A stretch of 64,000 nt of DNA from Prorocentrum cordatum. Taxonomy: Eukaryota. Both the position numbers and the translations under genes were made by a program. The stretch covers positions 310,001-374,000 of the forward strand of contig CAUYUJ010000237.1 of the NCBI GenBank assembly GCA_963575745.1, read 5' to 3'. The notes under the pieces were generated by a model. It worked only from the letters and a program-made list of their open reading frames with translations. It had not been told where the DNA came from and did no database searches. Positions 36,663-47,400 of this stretch are shown in pieces (the first letter of the stretch is position 1; each line of letters starts with the position of its first letter).

Positions 36663-38230
36663 TTATTCCAACCGTGCACCTGCCTGCTTTTGCTCTTCCC
36701 ATTCGCCCCATATTCCCCGAATTCCCGCGCCTTCTCCCCCGCGCTCCACCCGCCTTTCCCGAGCACACCACTTATTCCAACGGTACGGTTCCTCCTCTCT
36801 CGTTTCTCCCCTGCGCCCGTCTTCTTTCCCGCTGTGCTCCCCCCACGCTCCCCGGACTCTCGCGCTTGCTCTTCCGTGTTCGCACCGCCCTCCTCAAGCC
36901 CCCTCGCCTTATTCCGATCGTGCGTCCTCTCCCCGACCTTTCATTTCACGTTCCCACCGTTCTCCCCGAACCCCCTCTCCCTTTATTCCGACCGTGCGCC
37001 CTCACCCCGCTTTTCCCTTGCGCCTTCTTCCTCTTGCCTCCGTGCTCCCCGCCTTCCTTGGCCCGCTTCTGGTTTGATTCCGACCGTGCGTCCTCCCCCC
37101 GTTCTTCCCTTGCGCCCGTCTGCCGTTGCCTCCGTGCTCCCCTCATCCTTCCCGGGCCTCCGCGCTTTCTCCCCCGCGCTTCCACTGCCCTGCTCGGACC
37201 TCCTCCCCTTATTCCGACCGTGCGCCCTCCCCCTTTCCTCCCTTGCGCCTCCCTCTTCTTGCTTCCGTGCTCCCCCGAGGCCCCTCTCTCCTTATTCCGA
37301 CCGTGCGCCCTCCCCCCGCGCATCTCTTAATGCCTCCGTGCTCTCCCGACGCTCCCCGGGCTCCCCCGCTTTGTCCCCCGCCTTCCCCGGGCTCCCCGCC
37401 CCTTATTCCGACCGTGCGCTCCCCTCCACCGGTCCTCCCTTGCGCTCCCCGGGCCCCCGCGCCTCCGTGCCCCTCACCGTCCCCGAGCCCCTCCTGCTTT
37501 ATTCCGACCGTGCGCCCTCCTCCGGCTCTCCCTTCTGTGCTCCCCCCGCCCTCATCAGACCCCCCTCCTCTTATTCCGAACGTACGGCCTCCCCCCCTCC
37601 TCCCCTGCGTCTTTCTCATTTTGCCCCCGTGTTCCTGGCGTTCCCGCTGGCGTTGGGTTCCGGCTGTCGGGTTTTTATTTCTTGCTACGCAGGTAGCCTA
37701 TGGCGTAGCCAGCCTGAGGCGTGGCGTGTGGGCAGTCGAACTTAAACTCTCCGTTTCCGCATATCCTTTAGGCGCTCCATTGAACGTTTCCCCACCTTCC
37801 GGGAGGCCACCTCTCCTTATTCCGACCGTGCGCTCTCCCCCTGCTCCTCCTCTGCGCGCTTTTCCCGTTGCCCCGGTGCTGCCCCCATTCTTCCCGGGCC
37901 TCCGCGCCTTCTCCCCGGTGCTTCCCTCGCCTTCCCCGGGCCTCCCTCTCTTTATTCCGATCGTGCGCCTTTTCTCCCCGCTCCTCTCCTGCGCCTCCCC
38001 TTCCCTCCTTGCTTCCTTGCGCGCCCCCACCATTTCCGGGCTTCCGCGCCTTCTCTCTTGTGCTCCACCCACCTCCCTCTCCTCCTTTTATTCCGATCGT
38101 ACGCCCTCTCCCCACTCTATCCCTACGCGCGCCCTTCCCCTGGCTCTCGTGTTTCCGAACTTCCACGCATGCTCCTTCATGCACTCCCCGCCTTCCCCGG
38201 GCTCTCTTCGCTTTGTTCCGAACGTGCGCC
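36663..38230 (+). repeat. Array of 14 conserved 16-bp cores (TTATTCCGACCGTGCG) separated by variable C/T-rich spacers
   Basis: Cores at 36663, 36772, 36909, 36983, 37075, 37209, 37292, 37403, 37499, 37571, 37817, 37952, 38088 and 38213. Confidence 0.85.
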
Positions 38231-38474
38231 CCCCTCCTTGCGCGCATCTACCCCGCGTGCTCCCTCCACTCTTCCCGGGGCTCCGCGCCTTCTCCCCCGT
38301 GCCCCCTCCGCTCTTCACGCTTCACGTATCCCAGCCAGCCCATCCCAAGGCAGCCGCCAGGAGAGTTGCTTTGCTGAGGGAGGCGCAGCAGCAAGCAATC
38401 CAAAAATTAACCACATCCGTCTTGGAGGCTCCTTGGGATCGCCTCTGGCCGTGGGGGTAGGGAGGCAACATCAA

Positions 38475-40546
38475 ACTTGTAAAGCGTACCCACCCAAAGT
38501 GAGCCAGTAAACCGTACCCACGTGTGGAGTGTCGCCCATTGATACATCATATGTAGAGCGACTGATTGCTTACCTGCGTTTCATCATCTTTGTGGGTAGA
38601 CGGGAGCTCTAGTTGTCCGTCCATCTGGTTTTTCGTTGGGAGGTGGTGGGTTTCCCCTTCCTTTTGAAGAGAAGCGGCTGACAGAGGGCGGAAGTCGGAC
38701 ATCCTATAACACTATCGCTCGACAGCTCCTATCGACATTCTTGGAATCCAGCCATGGCTTGGACGCTAGCTGTGTGCCCACGTATCCATATCGCGCGCGG
38801 CTGTGAGTACAATGCATACCTTCTTTTTCATCCTCTCTCCGTCTCTGCATCTCTCCGCCCTTCAGTCCCTCCCTCTCTCACTCCGTCAGCCCTCCCTCCT
38901 TCCCCCGTCCCCTCGCTTCTTTCTCATCCCCCGCCCCTCTCTCCTCACTCGTTTCTCTTTCTCCTGTCTCCTCCCTCCCTCCCTCTTCCTTCTTCCTTCC
39001 TCCTTCCGCACTCCCTGTTCCCCCCTCCTCTCTCCTTGCCTCATTCTGTTCTCACTGATATCCCTCTCCTCCTGTCCCTCTCCCCCTTCCGTTCCCTTCG
39101 CCATTTCGCCCTCTTCCTCGTCCCCTCTTCCGTCCTCCCTCCGTCCTTCTAGAGTCCGACTCCGCCCCTCGCCCCCCCCATCCTTCGTCCCTGGGTGTCT
39201 GGGGCTGTGTCTCTGGAGCTGCTTCGGGGGCCCGCGTCCTGGCATGCTCAGGGGGGCTCAGGGTTCTCCTCGGGGTCCGTGTGACCTGGAGGTGCAGGGC
39301 CCCTGCGGAAGGGGGCTTGAATTCCCCTCCATGCGGAACAGTGATCCGCGCTCGACGGAACACTGTTCCAGGGCGCTTGTGTTGGACGCCGGACAGGCCA
39401 GGAAAGCGTACCCACGACCCTGGGCAGCGAGCAGACCAGTAAAGCGTACCCAGGGGACGCTATTTCTCTGGGCGGGGAACAAACCAGTAAAGCGTACCCA
39501 CCCGGGCCTCGGCTCGCTGAAAGGACAGTTGCAGGGATCCCGCCCCCCATGGGCGGCGATCAAGCCAGGAAATCGGGGAACAGACCAGGAAAACGTACCC
39601 ACCAGGATCTGGGCGGCGAACATACCAGTAAAGCGTACCCCCCAAACCAGCCGGCGGGCAAATATTCCGCGAGTCCAGGAACACTGTTCCGGGACTCGCG
39701 GGGACGGGGTTCGCGGTGCGGGAGGGGCTCTGGGACGTGGCCCCAGGGAAGCAGACACTCGCCTGGAGCTCTGTGGGGTTCTCTTCCACCGAGGCAACGG
39801 CCCTCGGGCTCCAGGAGACGAACCTGTGGGAGGGGCGAGGAGGCCTTCAGGAATCCCCGAAGGCGCCGTAGGAGACCGCAGAGCCACCAGGTCGGCCCAA
39901 GACCCGATGGCATTGCTTTTGTCTTGGGGCTCCAGGACCAGGTCACGACCGCGTCGTGGGGGCCGAAAACCAACTCTACCCCCGAGCCGTCTTCGAGACC
40001 CAAGGTGCTCGACGAAACTGGCGTGGAGCGCGTGCTCACGGACGAGGGCGCCGCCAAGGCTGGCAGGCACATGCGGATCGGTTCAGCATCGTTGTGAAGA
40101 CGTCGAAGAGTAATATAATAGATTGGTTCGCTTCCCAATGTGTTTGGTGTCAGCCGTTGGTGCATTGAGCAAAAATGGTCCCTTCGCGCGCGTGTTTGCC
40201 CCTTTGCGCGTTGGGGTTGCGCGGGTGTCACAAAACGTCAACAAAAGTGCACTTGTGCTTGCGCAGTGCAATATTTCCGAGTGAAACTCACACGCGTGTT
40301 CTAGCGTTTACAAGTTGGCACGCACGGTGCAAAGAATATGTGCCGCGTGTTTCGGTGGCCCCTGGGGCCGCGCCACGGGGTTGAGCGAATTGACATAGCC
40401 CCCCTGCGTGACTGGCGACCGTGCGTGAGTAGGTCCATGAAACGGTACGCACAGAATACTGCGCGGAATAGCATTACAAAAAATGCAGAACACCTTCCCG
40501 AACTGTGAAAGGTGGGCACGCTTTGCGGTGGGTACGCTTTACAAGT
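38475..40546. mobile_element. Non-autonomous TIR DNA transposon (~2.1 kb)
   Basis: ACTTGTAAAGCGTACCCACC(-)CAAAG at 38475-38499 and its inverse at 40521-40546. Further AAAGCGTACCC-like copies lie subterminally and at 39404-39640. Confidence 0.7.
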
Positions 40547-41372
40547 CCCTTGCCCCCGCCCAAGGGGGGCCATCCTCAGGCTATCTTGGGCCGTCTTGGG
40601 TGCATTTTGCAGCGTGTTGGGGACATTTCCGGGCCATTTTCGGCTCTTTGGGCGTCATGTTGGCCGCCTTGGAAGCCATCTCTAGCGTCTGCGAGGCCAC
40701 TTAAGCCGTCTGTGGGCCCTCTGAGGGCAGTATTGTTTCGCATCCGCGATTGTATGATCCTTGGCACGCGTGCCCCTTGTATTGCAGGTTTGTGCCAACT
40801 AAAAATATATTCTCTTGCGCAGGGTGTCTAGAGCTCCGACCACTTTATTTCGGCGTCGTCGTCGCTCCCCCCCAGCTGCCTTGTGCCCTTCATGAGTCGC
40901 TATATGTGTTGCTGTGTGCCTTGTGCCCTTCATGTGCCGCTACATGTGTCGCTGTGCGTCTCTGTGTGCGTCGCTATGCGTCGCTATGCGTCGATATGTG
41001 TGTGTGTGTCGATATATATATATATATGTCTCTATATGTCGATATGTGTCGACATGTGTCGCTCCCCAGCACCCCAGCGCACCGCCCCCTCCGCCCCGAC
41101 GACTTTATTTCGGCGTCGTCGTCGCTCGCCCCCCTCCTCTCCCTCTCCCCAGCAGCCCAGCGCGCTGCCCCCTCCGCCCCGACCACTTTATTTCGGCGTT
41201 GTGTCGACATGTGTCGCTATGCGTCGCTCCCCAGCACCCCAGCGCACCGCCCTTCCGCCCCTTTTTCTATTTTTTTTTTGCTCGAGACAGGATACCTACC
41301 GCACTCCATGAGCATAGAGGGCGCTCGTGGTTAAACCACGCGAAAAGAAAAACCAATCACATATGGGCTGGC

Positions 41373-44300
41373 TCAAAAAAAGACCTCGCCGCTGAGGAGG
41401 TCCCCCCAGTCAGAACCGAGATCACCAGGAATCCAGGCCTGTGAAATACGGCCCTGGGGGCCGCGGGGTCTGGGCAACTGTCCCTTGAGCAGCATTTTAA
41501 CTTGTTTCGGCTTGGGGTTGGTGCATCCGCCCACCAGGTCTTTTGCTTGGCGGCCCGTGGTGTAAGACCCACAGCGACGGCAGAAGACACAACCTTGGCC
41601 AGAATGAATCGCACGCGCAACCCTGAGTTCGTGAGCGGGCGAGGGAGGGACAGGAGGGGCAACAAGAGCACGGAGGGTGGTGGGAATAGGCCCGCATTCA
41701 GACAGGTCCGCTCGACGGCCATTCTTGAAAGATCGGACACATTTCACACATTGCCACCTATTGTTCACCCACCGCACCTCGTGGGCTAACAGGCAGCCTT
41801 TAATGGGTCGGAAAACTTTGATTCTACTCAGATCACCGAACAGATCACGAGCCTTGGGCCACGCTTGAAGCACAGCTATCATGGCACTCGCCACCGCAAA
41901 GAAACTCTCGCGCGCTTCAGTGACCTTGGCAACATCTACGGCCGAGGAAAAAGCCCCCGCACTCTCTTTGGCAAAAACATCCGCCCAGGTGTTACCACGG
42001 GTTTTCCAGGCGGTTTGATTCGTATCGGCCTCACTCAGATGGGCTTTCACCTTATGGGTCGACCAACTTTTTGCACCCGCGAACTTTATACGCCGCCAAT
42101 GGCCCGCCTGGGCCGTCTTCTTCTGGGCACCGCGGGTCCAGGGCTCCCCAAACCACCGCGGCGCAATCCAGGTAAAAATGCTGGTCCTCTGAGCCGGCCT
42201 CTATATGCTCTACCATATTCATTAGGGCATGGTGTTCCGTGAGGACGGCGGTCTGCGGCAGGCTGCTGGGGATGCTACCTCGCATTCCTCTTATCAAATT
42301 GCCCTCCGCGTCCGTCTCGATGGCAGACCAGCCTCCTCTGGAGAGAACCTCACACTTGGGCTCCACCACCGACCCATCGCCGAAGACGATGGCCCCACTC
42401 TGAAACATGAACGGGTCGATCCGCCCATCAGCGTTGAAATAGAGCACCTGGTCTTCGGTCGGCCCTGGCACTTCTAGCTCTGGTGTCGGCAACCATAATG
42501 AGGAATAAAACGGGTCCTCCTCGCCTGCACTCACAGCGGCCTCAACTATGGTGGGGTCAAGATCCGCTCTCAGAGATTCGCCGTGGGGGCAGCGCCATAC
42601 TCGGTGCCGCGTCGTGTCCAAGGCGGGGCAGAAACTGCACTTGGGCGAGATGGCAAACCCCCATCGGTGCAGCGAAGGGGCCGTCGTATAAGCTCTACAA
42701 AAAAGCTTCCTGGCGATGCCTTTCCCTTGGGCGTTCAGACCCTTCGATTTCAGCAACATCTGAATGGGCTCAGTCCAGAGGCCCCTCTCCTTGATGTCCT
42801 GGGCCCTGGGGTGGTTTTCCCGAGCCAGTAAACGCAGCATAGCATCGTCCAGGAGCTTCTTCTGCAAATCCCGAATGAAAATCTTCTGCACTAGCGTGGG
42901 TGGGGAGTCGGTGAGCCGAACCTCAGAACCATCCCGCGATGTAAAAGAAGCTGGTCCAGTAAAAGTCCACCCCGCTTCGACTCCCCACAAGAACGCATCT
43001 AGGATGGGGTGTGCGCCTCTACGCCTCCATCCTTGTGACGCATGCATGGCCGCCAGTCTCTGCAGGCAGCCGTGGCAGGCCTTCGACAACTGTCCTGCCG
43101 ACAGGCCATCAGCCGCGCGAGTGTCATTATCTCCCGCCTCCCACCATTCACGAGCATACCGTACCACCGTGTCACCTGCGTGCAAGATGGGATCCTTGGA
43201 AGGGGGAGGTGGCCCAGATCAGGTCTATGGAGGCTCCAGGGCTCCAGATGCCTAACGACTTGGCCCCCATGACTCGCAACCTGTGCACATCCTTGGCCGA
43301 CAAGGCAACCGCGTCGCTGCCGTGCGTGATGCTCGGCTTCTGGCCCATGAAAAACAATTTGGCTTTGGCTCCAGCTTTACCACGCATCCCCTTGATTGTT
43401 GGCATCCTCCTGAGGGCCTTGGCCCAGCGGGCCCTTCGTTTCGACAAGCGGCCAGGGGCCCCAGACGGCTGTGACTTGGTAGCATGTTTCTTCCTGAGGG
43501 CGCTCACCGAGAAGTTCCCCCCCCCCACCACCCCACCCCCCCCACCCACAGGTTCGCAACTTCCCCCGCCAGAGTGAAACCGTACACGCCCAGGGCTTGT
43601 GGAGCCAAATCCATTACCTCTTGATTGTTGGTCGTGAAGCACCCTTTCTTCAAAGCGATCGGCAGCCCCAGCCTGTACGAGCGCGCCTCGATCAGCTGGC
43701 TCGCAATGCTGCCTAAACGGTCGAGGCACTCCACTGGCACCACATGGTGCGAATCAAACTCCAAATCGTCAACATGAATAGTAAAACTCGTCCCCTCCAC
43801 CTCCTTGATCCCTTCAACTGTCGGAACCATGTACCCCTTGATCTCGAAGGTGGCGGTGCTAGACCCCGCGACGATCCCCCTGGCGGGGCACAGCAGAGGG
43901 GAGCATACTCTCTCCATGGTGAATACACGCGGCCATGTGCAACTGTCAATGGCTAGCCGTAAACTGTGTAACGGAAAAGACGCCCCACTACACTCATCCC
44001 ACAGCTGCTCGTGGCCGACGTGCTCGTAGCACTGCTTCAAATCACACAATGGCGTGCTGGCCGCTTCACCTGTGTCATCGGCAAAAGCAGACCTAACAGC
44101 TTGGCGCCAAACCCCGTCGGTGGTGGATCTGCCTGGCCCCATGTTGAAAGCCTTCAGGTGTCTCACGGAGCCCTCCCAGGTTTTACAGTCCCGACTCTGC
44201 ACCTTGGAAACCATCCTGGAGTAACTCTGGAAAAAACCCTATCGGTCTCCTCCCCGAGTCAGGCTTCTCGAACAATTGAACCAGCAGGATGCGGAGCTGG

Positions 44301-46060
44301 GTGGGCCCTTTGCCCAGTGCCACCTGCACAGACATGAGGCGAGACATCGCCTGGAGCGCGGCGGGGCACAGCAAACTGAAGTGTCTCGGGTGGACCCCGT
44401 CCGCGGCGATGGATTTAAAATCCACTAGATATTCTCCTGAGGTCCTGACCATCAGGGGCACTCGGTACCAGAGCGTCAGGCGGCAGCTGCGGGATCCATC
44501 TGGTGGACGGCTCGGTGGTCGCCCTCCAGGCTGGGCTCCACAAAGCTTGCTGGGCCTGAAATCGAGCACTGAATGCACGTGTATATTCCCCGTCTTCGGT
44601 CTACAGAACGTCTTCCCTGAAATTTGGCGGCGGCTTGGTGTAAGCGTGGGCCCAGCGGGCCCCGCGCTCCAAAGCTTCAGAACACCAGGTCTTCCAGGAC
44701 TCGTTATTCTGGGACTTCACCTTTTTGAACGTGAAGTCCTCCAAGGTTTTCGCCAGAGCGGCCCGGGCTTCCAGCTCCTCCAAGACTGTGTCCCAGGGGC
44801 GCCGCGAGAGCCTGCAAAGACCACGACCGAAGTATTTCAATCTGGGCTTCCAGAAAGCTTCCCCTTCAGGCCAGTGCTGACGGAAAGGGAGGCGTAGCCC
44901 TCGCGCTGCATCTCGTGCAAGACGGCCAAAATACTGAGAACTGCCGGGTGTCGCGCCTTTCCTGAGCAGGCTCCGAAACTCCTGAAGCCGACGAGCAACC
45001 CACCCCATCGCCCTCGATGCGGAGTTGTACGGACTGCTGCGTGTAATGAAGAGCTTAGCGAGCGAGACCTGGACGAAGCGATAAGGCGCGCCCCCCTTCT
45101 GGTGCCGATCGGTGCCATCACATTGAAAAATGGCTTCTAGTTCAGTCCACGCCCGACCGACCCAAGCAACAACACACGCTGTCCTGGAGCTCCTGGAATT
45201 CAGCAGCTCGTTCAGCAGGGACTGGATGTAGCTGCCCAGGTTCCTCCTGAAGGTCCTCCAAGGGCCCTGAGGGGGAGTCCAAGAGGTCCCCGTAGTCAGG
45301 TGGGGCAGGGTTGGGGCCCACGGGCTGAGTGACCCCTATCTTTTGATATTTACACAACTTCGAAACTTTGAGACCCTGGGTGTCCTCGACGATGTCTAAG
45401 TAGACTGGTCGGTGCGGTGGGGCGTGGGCTCTAAGATCAACTTTGCAATCACGAACTCCATGCGTGAGCATTCGACTGCAAATGAAGAAATCTATCATCG
45501 ACGCGTGGTCGCCCTGCACGAGCGTCGGCGCATCTGGTCTGCAAATTGCTCCTCCGAATCTGCCAGGTGCCAGTGCGCGCTCAAGTACATCAGGGCTAAT
45601 GTTGAAACCACCCCCCGCAACAAATGGCGTGCCAATCTCCAAGACGTGCTGCCCCAAGGTCATGTTTCGCCAGATATTCGCTGGTCCCAGACCCGTTCCA
45701 GAAACCCAGCAATTCGAATACAAGCTGATGAGCCCGTGTGCCCTGGTTCTAAAATACACATGCAGAAGCCTGCCTGAGGATACAATGCCAAGAATGCGGG
45801 GGTCTACCCAAAGGTCTAGATGCTTACGAGCTATGACGCCTACACCCCCGCTCGGGAAACCAGCGGGCCCACGCAGGCAGGGCGCCCAGAAAGAAGCCCA
45901 GCCCCTCCTACTGAGCTTCTGCCTCGCTTCTAAAGTACAAATTAAACTAAGCTTTTGCTCCTGAACAAAAACAATAGATGCATTGCAGGATGTCAGGAAA
46001 TCAGATATTGTGGTCCAGCAGGACCCGTTGACTGTGCAGAATTTCAAAAAGCCGCACCTG
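41373..46060 (-). pseudogene. LINE ORF2 pseudogene: APE - RT - CCHC - RNase H - C-terminal fingers
   Basis: LKFCTVNG, FVQEQKL, IDFF, PHRP; DGVHP, CDLKQCYEHV, RGIVAGS, HVDD; CSFC..H..C; GDGS..GGWS, YLDC, KAH, GNTWADVFAK; CVKC, CRRC. Contains frameshifts. Confidence 0.88.
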
Positions 46061-46070
46061 ACACCCCCCT

Positions 46071-47400
46071 TCAATTGACTGAGACAGCTAGGGGGACGAG
46101 GCGATCTGGCCACCCACGAGAGCGGCTGCGCCCTCGGCCTCCTCCCCCCCCTCCCCCCCCCCCCCCCCTCCACCACCCCCCCCCCCCACCCCCCTCAACA
46201 TTCTCATCCCCGCCGTTCGCGGGGGCGGTGGCGGCAGCGGCGGTTGGCGCCTTCCCCTGGTTGCCTCCAGGTGCGGTCGCGCTCTGCCCAGTAGGCCGAG
46301 CTGCTGTCACCGCCACTCCCGCGGTGGGGGCTCCGCCCCCGTCTGATTTAGCAGGTGCAGGCGCGCTTCCGCCTACGGTCCCGTCGGGCGCGGCAGTGGC
46401 TGCGGCACCTAACGGCTGACCGTCGGCTGGGGCCTGCGCAGCAGCAAGCACCTGCTGCCCGTGCACCTTCAGAGCAGCGGCGAACTCAGCGAACGTGCGG
46501 ACGAGGTTGGGGCCCCTTGCAGCCGCCGAGCCGAGCGCCGCCAAGGCCGCCTGGAGCCCGTTGAAGGACTCGGCCACCTGCGCAGCGGCGGGCTTGGGCT
46601 GCTGCTCGCCCCGAGCTTTGCCAAGCCACTGCTTCTGCTCCTCCTCTAGCTTCGCGATGTCGCCGATGCAGGCCTCGATGGCGGCCTCCTCCTTCGCGAC
46701 CTTATCGTTCTTCAGGGCTAGCTTCTTCTCCGCTTCCAACGCCTCTTGGGTGAGCTCCTCGAGGGCTGACTTGTGGCGTTCCAGAGCCTTCTGCTTCTGC
46801 CCGAGCTTCTGGGTCTAGTCTGAGCCATCTGCATAGGTGTCTTCTCCGAATCTCGCTGGGCGCGGACCGTGCCAAGTACTGCTTGCAACGGCTTGGCATC
46901 CACATTGCTGACCTTTTCGGCTGCGTCGTACGCCGCCTGGATCTTCTGGACGACGCCGCTGTAGTCCGTGCCCTTGTCGTCCGCTGGGCTGTCCTGCTGC
47001 GCGTTCGCCCGCCACGGGCAGGCCTGAACGTCGGCAGGCTGGAATGGTTTGGGCGCCTTCCAGTGCTGTCCGCACTGCCAGCACCACTCCTTGGTCAGAT
47101 TGACTGTCACTGCGCAATGTGAGCACGTCCATGAATGGGCAGGGGGCTGTCCTCGGGCAGGGCGGGCTTTGTGTCCACCAGCTGGTCCAGCATGTGCAGC
47201 GCCCTTGGTGTCGCCGTTCTTGCTGCTGGCCTTGCCCTTGCCTCCGTGCCCCATGGTCGGCAATCTCCCTGGCTGTCCGCTGTGGTGTCGTGCGAGAAAG
47301 GCGTGCGACGCTTGGATGACCTTCCACGCCTGCTGGCGTTTCAAGCGGGCACGTCGGTGCCAAGCAGGTTCCTTGGCCTGCCTCGTCGGGGACAGCGTGG
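46071..47400 (-). pseudogene. LINE ORF1 (frameshifted) with RanBP2-like zinc finger and coiled coil
   Basis: EPAWHRR..., MGHGGKGK (ATG 47254), WTCSHCAVTVNLTKEWCWQC. The frame breaks near 46815. Confidence 0.7.

Noticed and set aside
36663..38230. CRISPR call for the 16-bp core array
   Set aside because: The core is too short, the spacers are mutually related and of irregular length, and there are no cas genes. Reported as a minisatellite instead.
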